Below, piece after piece: positions 38,303 to 47,309 of a stretch of 64,000 nucleotides of DNA. Within the stretch, counting starts at the first letter, position 1; each line of letters begins with the position of its first letter. A program made the position numbers and the translations under genes. The notes under the pieces are model-generated. The model searched no databases. It saw only the letters and a list, made by a program, of their open reading frames with translations, and had not been told where the DNA came from. The stretch lies in NCBI GenBank assembly GCA_044222185.1, contig JBGANV010000010.1, positions 128,001-192,000 on the forward strand, in the 5' to 3' direction. This stretch comes from Planctomycetota bacterium. Lineage in GTDB: Bacteria; Planctomycetota; GCA-002687715; CAIWVZ01.

Positions 38303-40350
38303 CCTCGGCCTTCCTCCGGCCGATCGCGGATGTGCGCGGCGTGGGCCCCGCTCGCCTCGAGCGACTGACCTCCCGCGGAATCGTCACCGTCCTGGACCTG
38401 CTCCTCCACGCGCCGACGCGATATCGCACGGCCCCTCGGCTTTGGAATGGCGAACCGTTCGAGGCCGGCGTCGAGTGGACGATTCGCGGTCTCGTCGCCT
38501 CGGCCCGTCGCGTGCGCCAGCGTCGCGGCGGCACGTTCCTCGACCTGCGACTGAAGACCGACCACGGTCTCGTTCGCGCCTGCTTCTACAACCGCGGCTG
38601 GTTGAAGCACCGTGTCGGCGCGGGCGATTCCGCGATGGTCGCCGGACGTCTCACGTCGGGAGAAGCGCCCATGCTCGCCGGCACCGACCTGTGGGTTGGC
38701 ATCCCCGATGCGGACGTGCCCTCGGTGCTCGCCGAACTCCGCCCCGTTCATCCGTCGGTACCGGGCGTCCCAGAGGGCACGATCCAGAACCTCGTGAGCG
38801 AGGCGCTGGGGCTGATCGCAGGCGAGCGCGATCCCGTCGACGGACTCGGGGCACTCGACCTCGATCTGCCCGGCCTCGAGGCTGCGCTGCGGGCCGTGCA
38901 TCAGCCGGCGACGCGCGAGGATGCCGAGAGGGGAGGGGCGCGTCTTCTGTTCGACCGGCTCCTCGCGACGACCCTCTCGGCTCGGACCGCATTTGCCGCG
39001 CGCCCCGCGGCGTCGCCGATTCGCGCCGAACCTCGAATACGCGCGCGCATCCAGGGTCGATTTCCATTCCGCTTGACGCCCGAGCAGCAGACCGCCCTCG
39101 ACGAGATCCTCGCCGACATGGAGAAACCGATCGCCATGCGGAGGCTTCTTCTCGGTGACGTCGGCAGCGGCAAGACGGCCGTCGCGACCGGTGCACTTCT
39201 CGCGGCGATCGCAGCGGGATTCCAGGGGTTGCTCGTAGCGCCGACCGAGCTCCTGGCGTCGCAGCATCACGCCACGCTCACGGCGTGGCTGGCCGGCTCT
39301 CGTGTCCGCCTCGGGTTCCTGTCGGCGCGCGATGGTCGGCCGGCGATGCGCGCGGTGAAGGAGCGGATTCGTCGTGGGGACGTGGACCTCGTGATCGGCA
39401 CGCACGCGGCGCTTGCCGCCGACGTCGAATTCCCGAGGCTCGGCCTGGGTGTCGTCGACGAGCAGCATCGATTCGGGGTGATGCAGCGTCTCGCGGCGCG
39501 GCGCAAGGGCGCCGAACCGCACCTCCTCGCCATGAGCGCGACACCGATCCCGCGATCCCTCTGCCTCGCGCTTTTCGGCGAGCTCGCGATCACGAGGATC
39601 GGTGCCCGGCCGGCCGGCCGGCAGACGCCGCCGACGTTCGTCAGCGAACGCGGGGACGCGTACGCGGACCTTCGGAGTGCGATCGCTCGCGGAGAGCGGG
39701 CCTTCGTGGTGTTCCCCTCGATTGCATCCAAGGACATACCGGCGGTCGAGCGGGCGGGGCGCGCGCTGCTCCGACCGGGCGCGCCCTTGTCCGGGCTCCG
39801 GGTCGCCTTCCTTCATGGGGGGATGGATGCGGCCGCGCAGCTCTCCGAATTCGGTCGATTTCAACGCGGCGACGCGCACGTCCTGGTCGCGACGGTGATC
39901 GTGGAGGTCGGCGTCGACGTTCCCGAAGCAACCATCATGATCGTCGAGGGCGCCGACTCCTTCGGGCTCGCGAGCCTCCACCAGCTTCGGGGGCGCGTCG
40001 GTCGCGGAGCCATGCCAGCACGCGTGCATCTTCTTCCGTCGAAGCGCACCGACGCGACGTCACCGACCGCGGCACGGCTCTCGATGCTGGCGCGCGAGAA
40101 GGATGGCTTCCGGATCGCCGAGGCGGACCTCCTCATGCGCGGCCCGGGGGATTGGTGCGGCCTGCGCCAGCACGGATTCGGGGGAGAGCTGCCGCTGGCG
40201 GCAGGTCGCGATGCGGGAATCCTCGACGCGGTCGCGCGCGCGGCCGGAGCCATGATTGCGAGAGGGTATGATCCCGCCGGCCACCCGTATCTGTCGGCGC
40301 TCGCGTCCGCCATCGGCGGATTGCGATTCGAGCCGCGCGACGCGGTGTGA
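38299..40350 (+). CDS. recG: ATP-dependent DNA helicase RecG
   Basis: GVGP...L...GI.TV.DLL.H.P.RY, LLGDVGSGKT, APTELLASQH, DEQHRFGV.QR, MSATPIPRSL, QLRGRVGRG, DGFRIAEADL..RGPG; start uncertain (CTG 38299 overlapping the upstream stop). Confidence 0.95.
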   Translation: MTSAFLRPIADVRGVGPARLERLTSRGIVTVLDLLLHAPTRYRTAPRLWNGEPFEAGVEWTIRGLVASARRVRQRRGGTFLDLRLKTDHGLVRACFYNRGWLKHRVGAGDSAMVAGRLTSGEAPMLAGTDLWVGIPDADVPSVLAELRPVHPSVPGVPEGTIQNLVSEALGLIAGERDPVDGLGALDLDLPGLEAALRAVHQPATREDAERGGARLLFDRLLATTLSARTAFAARPAASPIRAEPRIRARIQGRFPFRLTPEQQTALDEILADMEKPIAMRRLLLGDVGSGKTAVATGALLAAIAAGFQGLLVAPTELLASQHHATLTAWLAGSRVRLGFLSARDGRPAMRAVKERIRRGDVDLVIGTHAALAADVEFPRLGLGVVDEQHRFGVMQRLAARRKGAEPHLLAMSATPIPRSLCLALFGELAITRIGARPAGRQTPPTFVSERGDAYADLRSAIARGERAFVVFPSIASKDIPAVERAGRALLRPGAPLSGLRVAFLHGGMDAAAQLSEFGRFQRGDAHVLVATVIVEVGVDVPEATIMIVEGADSFGLASLHQLRGRVGRGAMPARVHLLPSKRTDATSPTAARLSMLAREKDGFRIAEADLLMRGPGDWCGLRQHGFGGELPLAAGRDAGILDAVARAAGAMIARGYDPAGHPYLSALASAIGGLRFEPRDAV

Positions 40351-40868
40351 TGGAGATCTCCGTGATCAAGAGTGTCAGCCTTGCAGCCGCCGTCGCCGCG
40401 GTCGTCGCGTCCGCGTTTCTCGCAGGGTGCTCGGACGAGCCACCTTCGCTCGTCAGCCGGGAGGACGTGATCTCCAAGGCTCGCGCGTTCAACGACGCCT
40501 GGGTTCGCGGTGACGTGACGGCGCTCATTCCGCAGTGCCGCCTGCCATTCCGCTACAAAGACAAGAAGCGGGTCTGGGCCTCGGAGGACGACCTGAAACT
40601 GAACCTGCAGAAGGAAGTCGTGCGGACGCAGCACCTCCTGAAGGGGTTGGATCAGTTCGAGGCGTTCTCGCGCCAGGACCTGATGGACGGCAAATGGCCA
40701 CGAGCGCGCGAGATCGACGCGGCGAAGCGCGAGACCGAGATCCGGGAGATCGGCGTGGAAGTGGGCGGGTGGATCGTGCGCGTCTTCGCCGAGGGCAAGC
40801 CGGGTTACACGATCGTCTTCAACGCGGACGGGGTGTCACAGGTTCGGGCCCAGGTCGTCGACATTTGA
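40347..40868 (+). CDS. Hypothetical lipoprotein
   Basis: Hydrophobic stretch ending in lipobox FLAGC; GTGA overlap with the recG stop. Confidence 0.75.
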   Translation: MMEISVIKSVSLAAAVAAVVASAFLAGCSDEPPSLVSREDVISKARAFNDAWVRGDVTALIPQCRLPFRYKDKKRVWASEDDLKLNLQKEVVRTQHLLKGLDQFEAFSRQDLMDGKWPRAREIDAAKRETEIREIGVEVGGWIVRVFAEGKPGYTIVFNADGVSQVRAQVVDI

Positions 40869-41303
40869 GGGACCGCGGGATTCGCGACCGTTGGCGTCAG
40901 TGCGGTCTGCCCGCTCGCGCCGCGTCGTGCGATGCCGCAGGGTGGGTCGCGACGCGGCGTTCGGATGGCTTCCGCAGATCGAATTTGGACCGGCCGCTCG
41001 TCCCGCGCTGCGAACCCCTGATGCTGTCGCGGTGCGCCCCGTCTTGATGCCCTGCAGTACGAGCGACGCGCCCTGGAGTGAGCGCTTGCATACGCGCGCG
41101 ATCACCGATGGTGCGAGCGTCGCCGACGACACACGGAGTTGTTGAACCCGAAGGTTCGGCTCGCGATCGGTCGACCGCAGCGAGCCGGGCTCTGGCCCTC
41201 CGCGACGCGACGTCGCCGGAGTGCGGATGAAACCGCCCACTGGGGAACGGCTCGCCCTCCCGCGAAGCGCCGCAGACGCGACGGCTGGCGGAGACGACGA
41301 TGC

Positions 41304-41340
41304 AAAAAAAGAGCGCGTGACCCTTTGCAGGACCACGCGC
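41304..41340 (-). terminator. Intrinsic terminator for the Clp-like gene
   Basis: Minus strand GCGCGTG-N14-CACGCGC followed by TCTTTTTTT, ~90 nt after the stop at 41429. Confidence 0.65.
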
Positions 41341-41428
41341 CCACCTCCGTCCTGGAGTTCTTGCTCCGACCGCGGTCTCCCACGGTCGGTTTTCTCGCCG
41401 GAGGCCTGAAACTCCGGCGCGAATGCGT

Positions 41429-42796
41429 TCACGGATTCGTCGCGGGGACGACCTCCTCGACTTCCGCGTTGACCGGCGTTGCGCACGGTTCGAAGGAGAA
41501 TTCCTTGTTCTTCGAACGGACGCGCACGGACATGCCTTCGTTGACTCGACGCTCGAGAAGTAGGTCCGTCAGCGGGGTCTCGATCTCGCGCTTGATGGTG
41601 CGCTTCAGCTCGCGACCGCCGCACTCCTTCTTCCAGCCGAGGTCGACGATGGCGCGCTTGACGTTCTGGTCGTAGATGACCTCGATGCCCGCGCGCTTTG
41701 CGATCTGGGCCAGATCCTTCAGCATGAGGTCCGCGATGCGGATGCTGTCATTTCGTGAGAGCGTGTTGAACACGAGGACGTCGTCGAGGCGGTTCAGGAA
41801 CTCCGGCCGGAACGCCTTCTTCAGCGCTTCGTGGATCTCCTGCGTCATCTGCTCGAAGGGCACCTCTTCACGCTTGAGTGAATCGAACCCGATCGCGCCG
41901 CGTGCCTGCTCGACCTCGCGTACGCCCAGGTTGCTCGTCATGAGGACCAGTGCGTTGCGGAACGAAACCTTGAAGCCCTTCGAGTCGGTCACCGTGCCTT
42001 CGTCCAGGAGCTGGAGAAGGATGTGGTGCATCTTCGTGTGAGCTTTCTCGATCTCGTCGAAGAGAACGATGAACTCGTCGAGCTCCTTGGCGGCCTCCGT
42101 CAGGTATCCGCCCTCGTTGTGACCGATGTACCCCGGCGGGGCGCCGATGAGTTTCGCGTACTCGTGCGGCAGCGCGTACTCCGAGCAGTCCACTCGGATG
42201 AGGCGCGACTGAGACCCGTAGAGGTACTCCGCCATCGCCTTCGCCAGCTCGGTCTTCCCCACGCCCACGTGCCCGACGAAGAGGAATGCACCGACGGGGC
42301 GGCGCGGATCGCGGAGGCCGACGCCCGCCTTCTTCACCGCCCGCGAGACGATGTCGATGGCGTGCTCCTGCCCGATCACGCGCTTCTTCAGCTCGTTGTC
42401 GAGCGTCATGAGCTTGTCGAGCTGCTCCTCCGTCAGTCTCGGTCGCGGCGGGAGCTGGCTTCCGGCTTCCGTCTTGCCGTTGCCGGCTCCGGGAACCGGC
42501 ACCGAGACCTGGTGGATCTCGAATGCCGGGTTCACCTCGACGCAGAGAAGGTAGAGGAGTTCGACGAGGTCCTGTCCCGTTGCAGATCGGGATGGGCGGT
42601 CGACCCGCCCTTCGAGGTCAGGGTTGTGCTCGAGCACTGCCACCCGCACCACGTGCCGCTGAAACGCGGCCTTGTTGGACATCGTCGCGTTCTCGAGGAC
42701 CCGCTTGGCTTCCTCATCCGCGAAGACTCGGATCCGGACGAACTCGTCCAGAGCCTCGCAATACTTCAATACGAGGTTGAATTCGGCACGCATCAT
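41429..42796 (-). CDS. Clp/Hsp100-like ATPase with only the second (D2) AAA+ module and an unrecognised N-domain
   Basis: RVIGQEHA, GHVGVGKTELAK, LIGAPPGYIG, LFDEIEKAH, MTSNLG, AIGF, FRPEFLNRLD, GRELKR; start estimated at ATG 42796. Confidence 0.88.
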   Translation of the reverse strand: MMRAEFNLVLKYCEALDEFVRIRVFADEEAKRVLENATMSNKAAFQRHVVRVAVLEHNPDLEGRVDRPSRSATGQDLVELLYLLCVEVNPAFEIHQVSVPVPGAGNGKTEAGSQLPPRPRLTEEQLDKLMTLDNELKKRVIGQEHAIDIVSRAVKKAGVGLRDPRRPVGAFLFVGHVGVGKTELAKAMAEYLYGSQSRLIRVDCSEYALPHEYAKLIGAPPGYIGHNEGGYLTEAAKELDEFIVLFDEIEKAHTKMHHILLQLLDEGTVTDSKGFKVSFRNALVLMTSNLGVREVEQARGAIGFDSLKREEVPFEQMTQEIHEALKKAFRPEFLNRLDDVLVFNTLSRNDSIRIADLMLKDLAQIAKRAGIEVIYDQNVKRAIVDLGWKKECGGRELKRTIKREIETPLTDLLLERRVNEGMSVRVRSKNKEFSFEPCATPVNAEVEEVVPATNP

Positions 42797-43057
42797 CGTC
42801 GTGACCGCCCCCCAACGCCTGGCTTCGAACTGTTTCCACTCCGCGACGACCGGGACTTCCGACGACCGGTCCCGCGGACGCTTCTTTCTTTCGGCCGTTT
42901 CCGGCCCGGACAAAAGACGGCCGCCGTGATTCACGCCAGACCGTCGGCTTCCGCGACAGGGCATGGGAGCTTCGTTCCTGACGCCTCGCAGTTTGACTCC
43001 GTGCGTGCGGAGCGCGTACGATCGCGCCTCGATCGAATGCCATGAATCTCCCCACGC

Positions 43058-44182
43058 ATGCTGCAACCAGGTAGTCCTGACGACGTTCGCTTCGCGGCGC
43101 GGATGGTCGTCGACGGCATCCTCCCGGAAGAGACGATCCGCGCCGTGCTGGCGAAGCAGAAAGAGCTCCGCGAGCGCGGGAAACCGCTTTCGGTCCCGGA
43201 GATCTGCCTCCGAAAGGGTTGGCTCACGCCTTCGGAAGTCAGGTGGTTCGCATCCGGCGACGTAGTGCCCGCTGATCTACTGCCGGGCCTTCAGCTCGGT
43301 GAGCGCCTCGGCATCGGCGGCATGAGTTCCGTCTTTCGAGCGATCGACACCACCTCGCGGGCGCCGGTCGCGGTGAAGATCCTCCTCCCGCGGCTCGCGC
43401 GCGATCCGAATGCCCGCAAGCGCTTCGAGATGGAGGCCGACATGCTGTGTCGCCTCCGACATCCGAACCTCGTTCAGGGCTTCTATCGGTACTCACACGA
43501 GAATCTTCACTACCTCGTGATGGAACTCGTCGACGGCGGAACGGCCCTCGACCGCCTCGACAAATCGGGCCCCTTCGGCGAATCGGATGCGCTCGCGTTG
43601 ATCCGTCAGGCGGCGCAGGCGTTGCAGTACATGCACCAGCAGGGCCTCGTCCATCGGGACGTCAAGCCAGGCAACGTCCTGCTCGGGCCGGGCGGCGTCG
43701 CGAAGCTGTGCGACCTCGGAGTGGCGGTGGCCGCAGGCGACGTCGCGGATTCGTCGACGACCTCTGGGACCGTGCACTACCTTGCGCCGGAACAGGCGAG
43801 CGGCGAAGCGACGCTCGATACTCGCGCGGATATCTACGCGCTCGGCGTGACGTTGTTCCAGCTCACGATGGGGAAGCTGCCCTTCGAGGGGAATTCAGAC
43901 GAGGAACAGCTCTCCAAGCGTGTGTTCGAGGAGCTCCGGGCGAAGGAACTGAAAGGGCTCGGGGTCTCGCATCACCTGCACTACTTCATCAAGAAGATGA
44001 TGGCTCGAGAGCGTGAGTTCCGGTACCAGACTCCGGGCGAACTCATCGCGGACATCGAGGAGACGATTGCTGGCCACGACACCGTTCGGGGCCCGGCACC
44101 ATCCCGTCCGCGGATCACGTCCAAGTCCGGCGGGCCGGGTCCGGCAAACGGGCGGCCGTCCGGCGACCGCCGACGCGGTTGA
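43058..44182 (+). CDS. Cytoplasmic Ser/Thr protein kinase
   Basis: LGIGGMSSVF, VAVK, HRDVKPGN, DLG, GTVHYLAPE, DIYALG; short helical N-domain, no TM. Confidence 0.93.
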   Translation: MLQPGSPDDVRFAARMVVDGILPEETIRAVLAKQKELRERGKPLSVPEICLRKGWLTPSEVRWFASGDVVPADLLPGLQLGERLGIGGMSSVFRAIDTTSRAPVAVKILLPRLARDPNARKRFEMEADMLCRLRHPNLVQGFYRYSHENLHYLVMELVDGGTALDRLDKSGPFGESDALALIRQAAQALQYMHQQGLVHRDVKPGNVLLGPGGVAKLCDLGVAVAAGDVADSSTTSGTVHYLAPEQASGEATLDTRADIYALGVTLFQLTMGKLPFEGNSDEEQLSKRVFEELRAKELKGLGVSHHLHYFIKKMMAREREFRYQTPGELIADIEETIAGHDTVRGPAPSRPRITSKSGGPGPANGRPSGDRRRG

Positions 44183-45444
44183 GGAGGGGATTCACTGTGT
44201 CGACCTCGATGCTCGCGCGCGCCTGCGGATTGGCCGTTCTCCTTCTCGCGTCCCTGGCGCTTCGTGGCCAGGAGAGCCGACCGGTCGACCAGAACGATGC
44301 CGCCGCGCTTCATGCGGAGGGTGTTCGCAAGGCCGAAGCGGGTGAGATCGACGCGGCGCTCGGGATCCTCGAACGCGCGCGATCGCTGGACCCGAAGAGC
44401 CGCGAAACGACGTTGAGCCTCGCTCGTGTCATCGCCCGCCGCGGCCAGATCCGTTTCGAACAGGCCGACTACGCCGGAGCCCAGGCAGATCTCGAGCGAT
44501 CGCTCGGATTGGTGCCCGCCGAAGCCGTGACTCGTGTCCAGCTCGCCATCGTGCTTCGCGCCAAGGGTGACATCATCCACGCGCGCAGGGAGATCGAGCG
44601 CGCCATCGCCGATGGCCCTGCGCTGCCCTCCGGCTTCGAGGAATTGGGTCGGATCGCGTACGAGGACGACGAGCTCGGTGAGTCCCTCGACTCACTCGAC
44701 ACGGCGCTGAAGCTCGACACCAGGCCAACCTCGGCATTGAAGGAGTTCCGCGCGAAGGTGAGCCGCGAGTGGGAGGTCGAGAAGAACTTTTTTCGCACCG
44801 AGCGGGGCGCGTTCATCGTCAAGTTCGACGACCAGACCTTCAAGCAGATTGGCGATGCGGTGCTCGACCTGCTCGATGCCGCGGAGATGAAGGCTCGTCA
44901 GACGCTCGGGCACGTCCCGCCCCGGCGAGTCTCCCTCGTCCTCTACACCGGCGGAGACTTCGCGTCCGTGACCGGCGCCCACCAATGGACCGCGGGCCTG
45001 TTCGACGGCAAGATCCGCCTTCCCGTCCGGAACTTCTCCGCCGCACGCGAACAGATCGGCCGCACGCTCGTCCACGAGTACACGCACCTCGTCGTTCGCG
45101 ACCTGACGCGGCACTGTCCGGTCTGGCTGAACGAGGGGCTCGCCCAGGTCGCGGAAGGGCGCGAGGTGCCTGTCGTCAAACCCATGCTGAAGGCGGCCCG
45201 GGATCTCCCACACGTGGCCGAGCTGCCGGCCAGCTGGATGAGCATCCGCGAGGTCGACCGTGTGCATCTGCTCTACGCGCACGCGCTGGGCTTCACGTCG
45301 TACCTCGTCGAGCGGTACGGCTACCGGACCATCCGTGCCGTCTTGGAGAAGCTCCAGGGGAAGGCGTCGTTCGGCGACGTCTTCGCTGGCGAGTTCGGCA
45401 AGTCCCTCGTCGAGGTCGAGGACGACTGGCGGCGCGACCTCTGA
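44179..45444 (+). CDS. Exported TPR + gluzincin (peptidase MA-like) metallopeptidase
   Basis: Signal peptide, TPR repeats, HEYTH + P.WLNEGLA motif. Confidence 0.85.
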   Translation: MRRGFTVSTSMLARACGLAVLLLASLALRGQESRPVDQNDAAALHAEGVRKAEAGEIDAALGILERARSLDPKSRETTLSLARVIARRGQIRFEQADYAGAQADLERSLGLVPAEAVTRVQLAIVLRAKGDIIHARREIERAIADGPALPSGFEELGRIAYEDDELGESLDSLDTALKLDTRPTSALKEFRAKVSREWEVEKNFFRTERGAFIVKFDDQTFKQIGDAVLDLLDAAEMKARQTLGHVPPRRVSLVLYTGGDFASVTGAHQWTAGLFDGKIRLPVRNFSAAREQIGRTLVHEYTHLVVRDLTRHCPVWLNEGLAQVAEGREVPVVKPMLKAARDLPHVAELPASWMSIREVDRVHLLYAHALGFTSYLVERYGYRTIRAVLEKLQGKASFGDVFAGEFGKSLVEVEDDWRRDL

Positions 45445-45497
45445 CTCTCGGGCTGCGCGCGCGGTAGCATGTCGCGGCCTCGACCGGCCGCACCCCC

Positions 45498-46769
45498 ATG
45501 CCCATTCGTCGCGACCTTTGGACTCTGGCGCTCGTCGGACTCGTGTTGTTCGCTGCTGCCGTCGTCATGCGGAGCGGCGGCGGTGCCGCGGTCACCCAGA
45601 AGCCGGATGGCGTCCGGGAGACACGCGGTGATCGCCCAGTCGAAGCGCTGCCCGCGGACCCGCGACGCCCGTCCGATCTCCCGCGTCACCGGCCGTTCGA
45701 GGCGCGCGCGAACCCGCCGCCGAGCTCGGCTGATGCGGGCATCGCCGAGGGCATCGCCGTGCGCGTCGTGGACTCGACCGACAATCCACGCGCTGCAACC
45801 ACCATCGAGCTGCGTGCCGCCGCGCCTGGCGGCGGCGCCGGCGCGATCATCGGTGATCCCGTCGTCACCGATTCTCGGGGCCTCGCATCCGTCCTGATTC
45901 CTCTGCCGAGTCGGAAGCGGGAACTCGTGCTCACGACGGGCCTGCTGCTCGAGGAGCCGCTCGCGATCGCCGTCTCACCGTCGGCGGCGCAGCCGATCCT
46001 CCTTCGCACGCCCGAGGTCGGCGCGGTCGAGATCCGATTGGTCGACGAGAACGGTGCCGTATTCGCCGCGAACGCCGAGGCGTGGATCCTGCTCGGGACG
46101 AACGATCCTCCGGCGGATCCGGTGGTGCGACAGCGCCACCGCCGGCCGTTCATTGCAGGCGTAGCGCGTTTCGAGGGAGTCGAGGCGGGTACCGTCGTCC
46201 TCGTCGAGGCTCGTTTCGACGACGCGGCGCTGGTCACGATCCCGCGCCTCATCGAGGGACCGTCGGCCGAAGGAGCCACTTCGACAGTCACGCTGGCTGC
46301 ACGCCGCCGTGACATGGCTGCGGCCTCGGGACACTCGGTGGCCGACGATGGCGGCGTGTCGCGACCGGGCATCAAGCGCCATTCCGCCGTTCAGGGCCCG
46401 GCCGCGGCGGGAGGCTCGGCCCCGGCCGCCGCGTCGGCCCTCGCCGTCACCCTGAAGCCATACGAGGCCCTGCCACACTGGCCGCTCTCGATCCAGTTGG
46501 AACTCACCACTCCCACGGGCGGTGCCGTGGTGGACGCACGCGTGGATGCGAAGGGGAAGGCCGCGCTCGTCGCGCCCGCCGGGCGGTACGAGATCCGGAT
46601 GCGTTTGTTCAGGGCGGCACCGGATGGTTGGACCTCCGTCGAGCTTCGGGGCGAGAGTGCCGCGCCGCTGCGCACGGAGATTCGCAGCGGCACGGTTGCG
46701 AGTCAGGTCATCGACCTGGACTCTGACGCGATCGCAGCCGCAGTGGCGCGGCTGGTGACCGACGGGTGA
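45498..46769 (+). CDS. Membrane-anchored hypothetical protein with carboxypeptidase-regulatory-like beta domains
   Basis: N-terminal TM; VRVVD, TDSRG, IRLVDENG, VDAKG...APAGRYEI patterns. Confidence 0.6.
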   Translation: MPIRRDLWTLALVGLVLFAAAVVMRSGGGAAVTQKPDGVRETRGDRPVEALPADPRRPSDLPRHRPFEARANPPPSSADAGIAEGIAVRVVDSTDNPRAATTIELRAAAPGGGAGAIIGDPVVTDSRGLASVLIPLPSRKRELVLTTGLLLEEPLAIAVSPSAAQPILLRTPEVGAVEIRLVDENGAVFAANAEAWILLGTNDPPADPVVRQRHRRPFIAGVARFEGVEAGTVVLVEARFDDAALVTIPRLIEGPSAEGATSTVTLAARRRDMAAASGHSVADDGGVSRPGIKRHSAVQGPAAAGGSAPAAASALAVTLKPYEALPHWPLSIQLELTTPTGGAVVDARVDAKGKAALVAPAGRYEIRMRLFRAAPDGWTSVELRGESAAPLRTEIRSGTVASQVIDLDSDAIAAAVARLVTDG

Positions 46770-46802
46770 GCAAGGCTCCGTCCGTCGATCCGCTGTCGCG
46801 GT

Positions 46803-47048
46803 TCAGTTGGGCACGGTCTGGGTGGTGCTCCAGATGAGCGTGTCTCCGCAGTATGCGTAGATGTAGACCTTCGACCCGTAGTCCATGGGTTCTGCCGTGA
46901 AGTCCTCACTCCCGGGCACGGTGGCGAATCTCGTTGTGGTCGCCGAGTACATCACGACGACGAGCTTGACCGGGTTGCAATCCGCCGAAGTGACCGACAC
47001 CGTCATCGTGTGCGCGTTCCAAGTGACGTTGATTACTGGATTCGCCAT
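46803..47048 (-). CDS. Small beta-rich hypothetical protein, 81 aa
   Basis: Strong RBS AGGAGG upstream of the ATG; alternating beta-strand composition, two Cys. Confidence 0.65.
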   Translation of the reverse strand: MANPVINVTWNAHTMTVSVTSADCNPVKLVVVMYSATTTRFATVPGSEDFTAEPMDYGSKVYIYAYCGDTLIWSTTQTVPN

Positions 47049-47309
47049 CCCGCACCTCCTGTCCAGGAGGATCGATGAGGCTCACTCCAATCTGATGCAC
47101 CGGATTCCGATACCGAGCGCCTGACAGGGTAGAGGACGGGGCCTGCGGGTCTGTTACGCACTGAGCTGAACGCGCCGCTGCTACGCCCGAACGCGAGTCG
47201 ACAGGATGCGAGTGAGGGTGTTTCGATCCCCCTTCGCCGACGAGAATAGGCGACTTCCCCGGCGACTGTCAACACACGAGCACGATCGGCGGGGCTGGCC
47301 CCGCCAGCC

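Noticed and set aside
40869-41300. ORFs or ncRNA in the gap between the lipoprotein and Clp genes
   Set aside because: No recognisable protein motif or RNA family; only the terminator near 41304-41340 is supportable.
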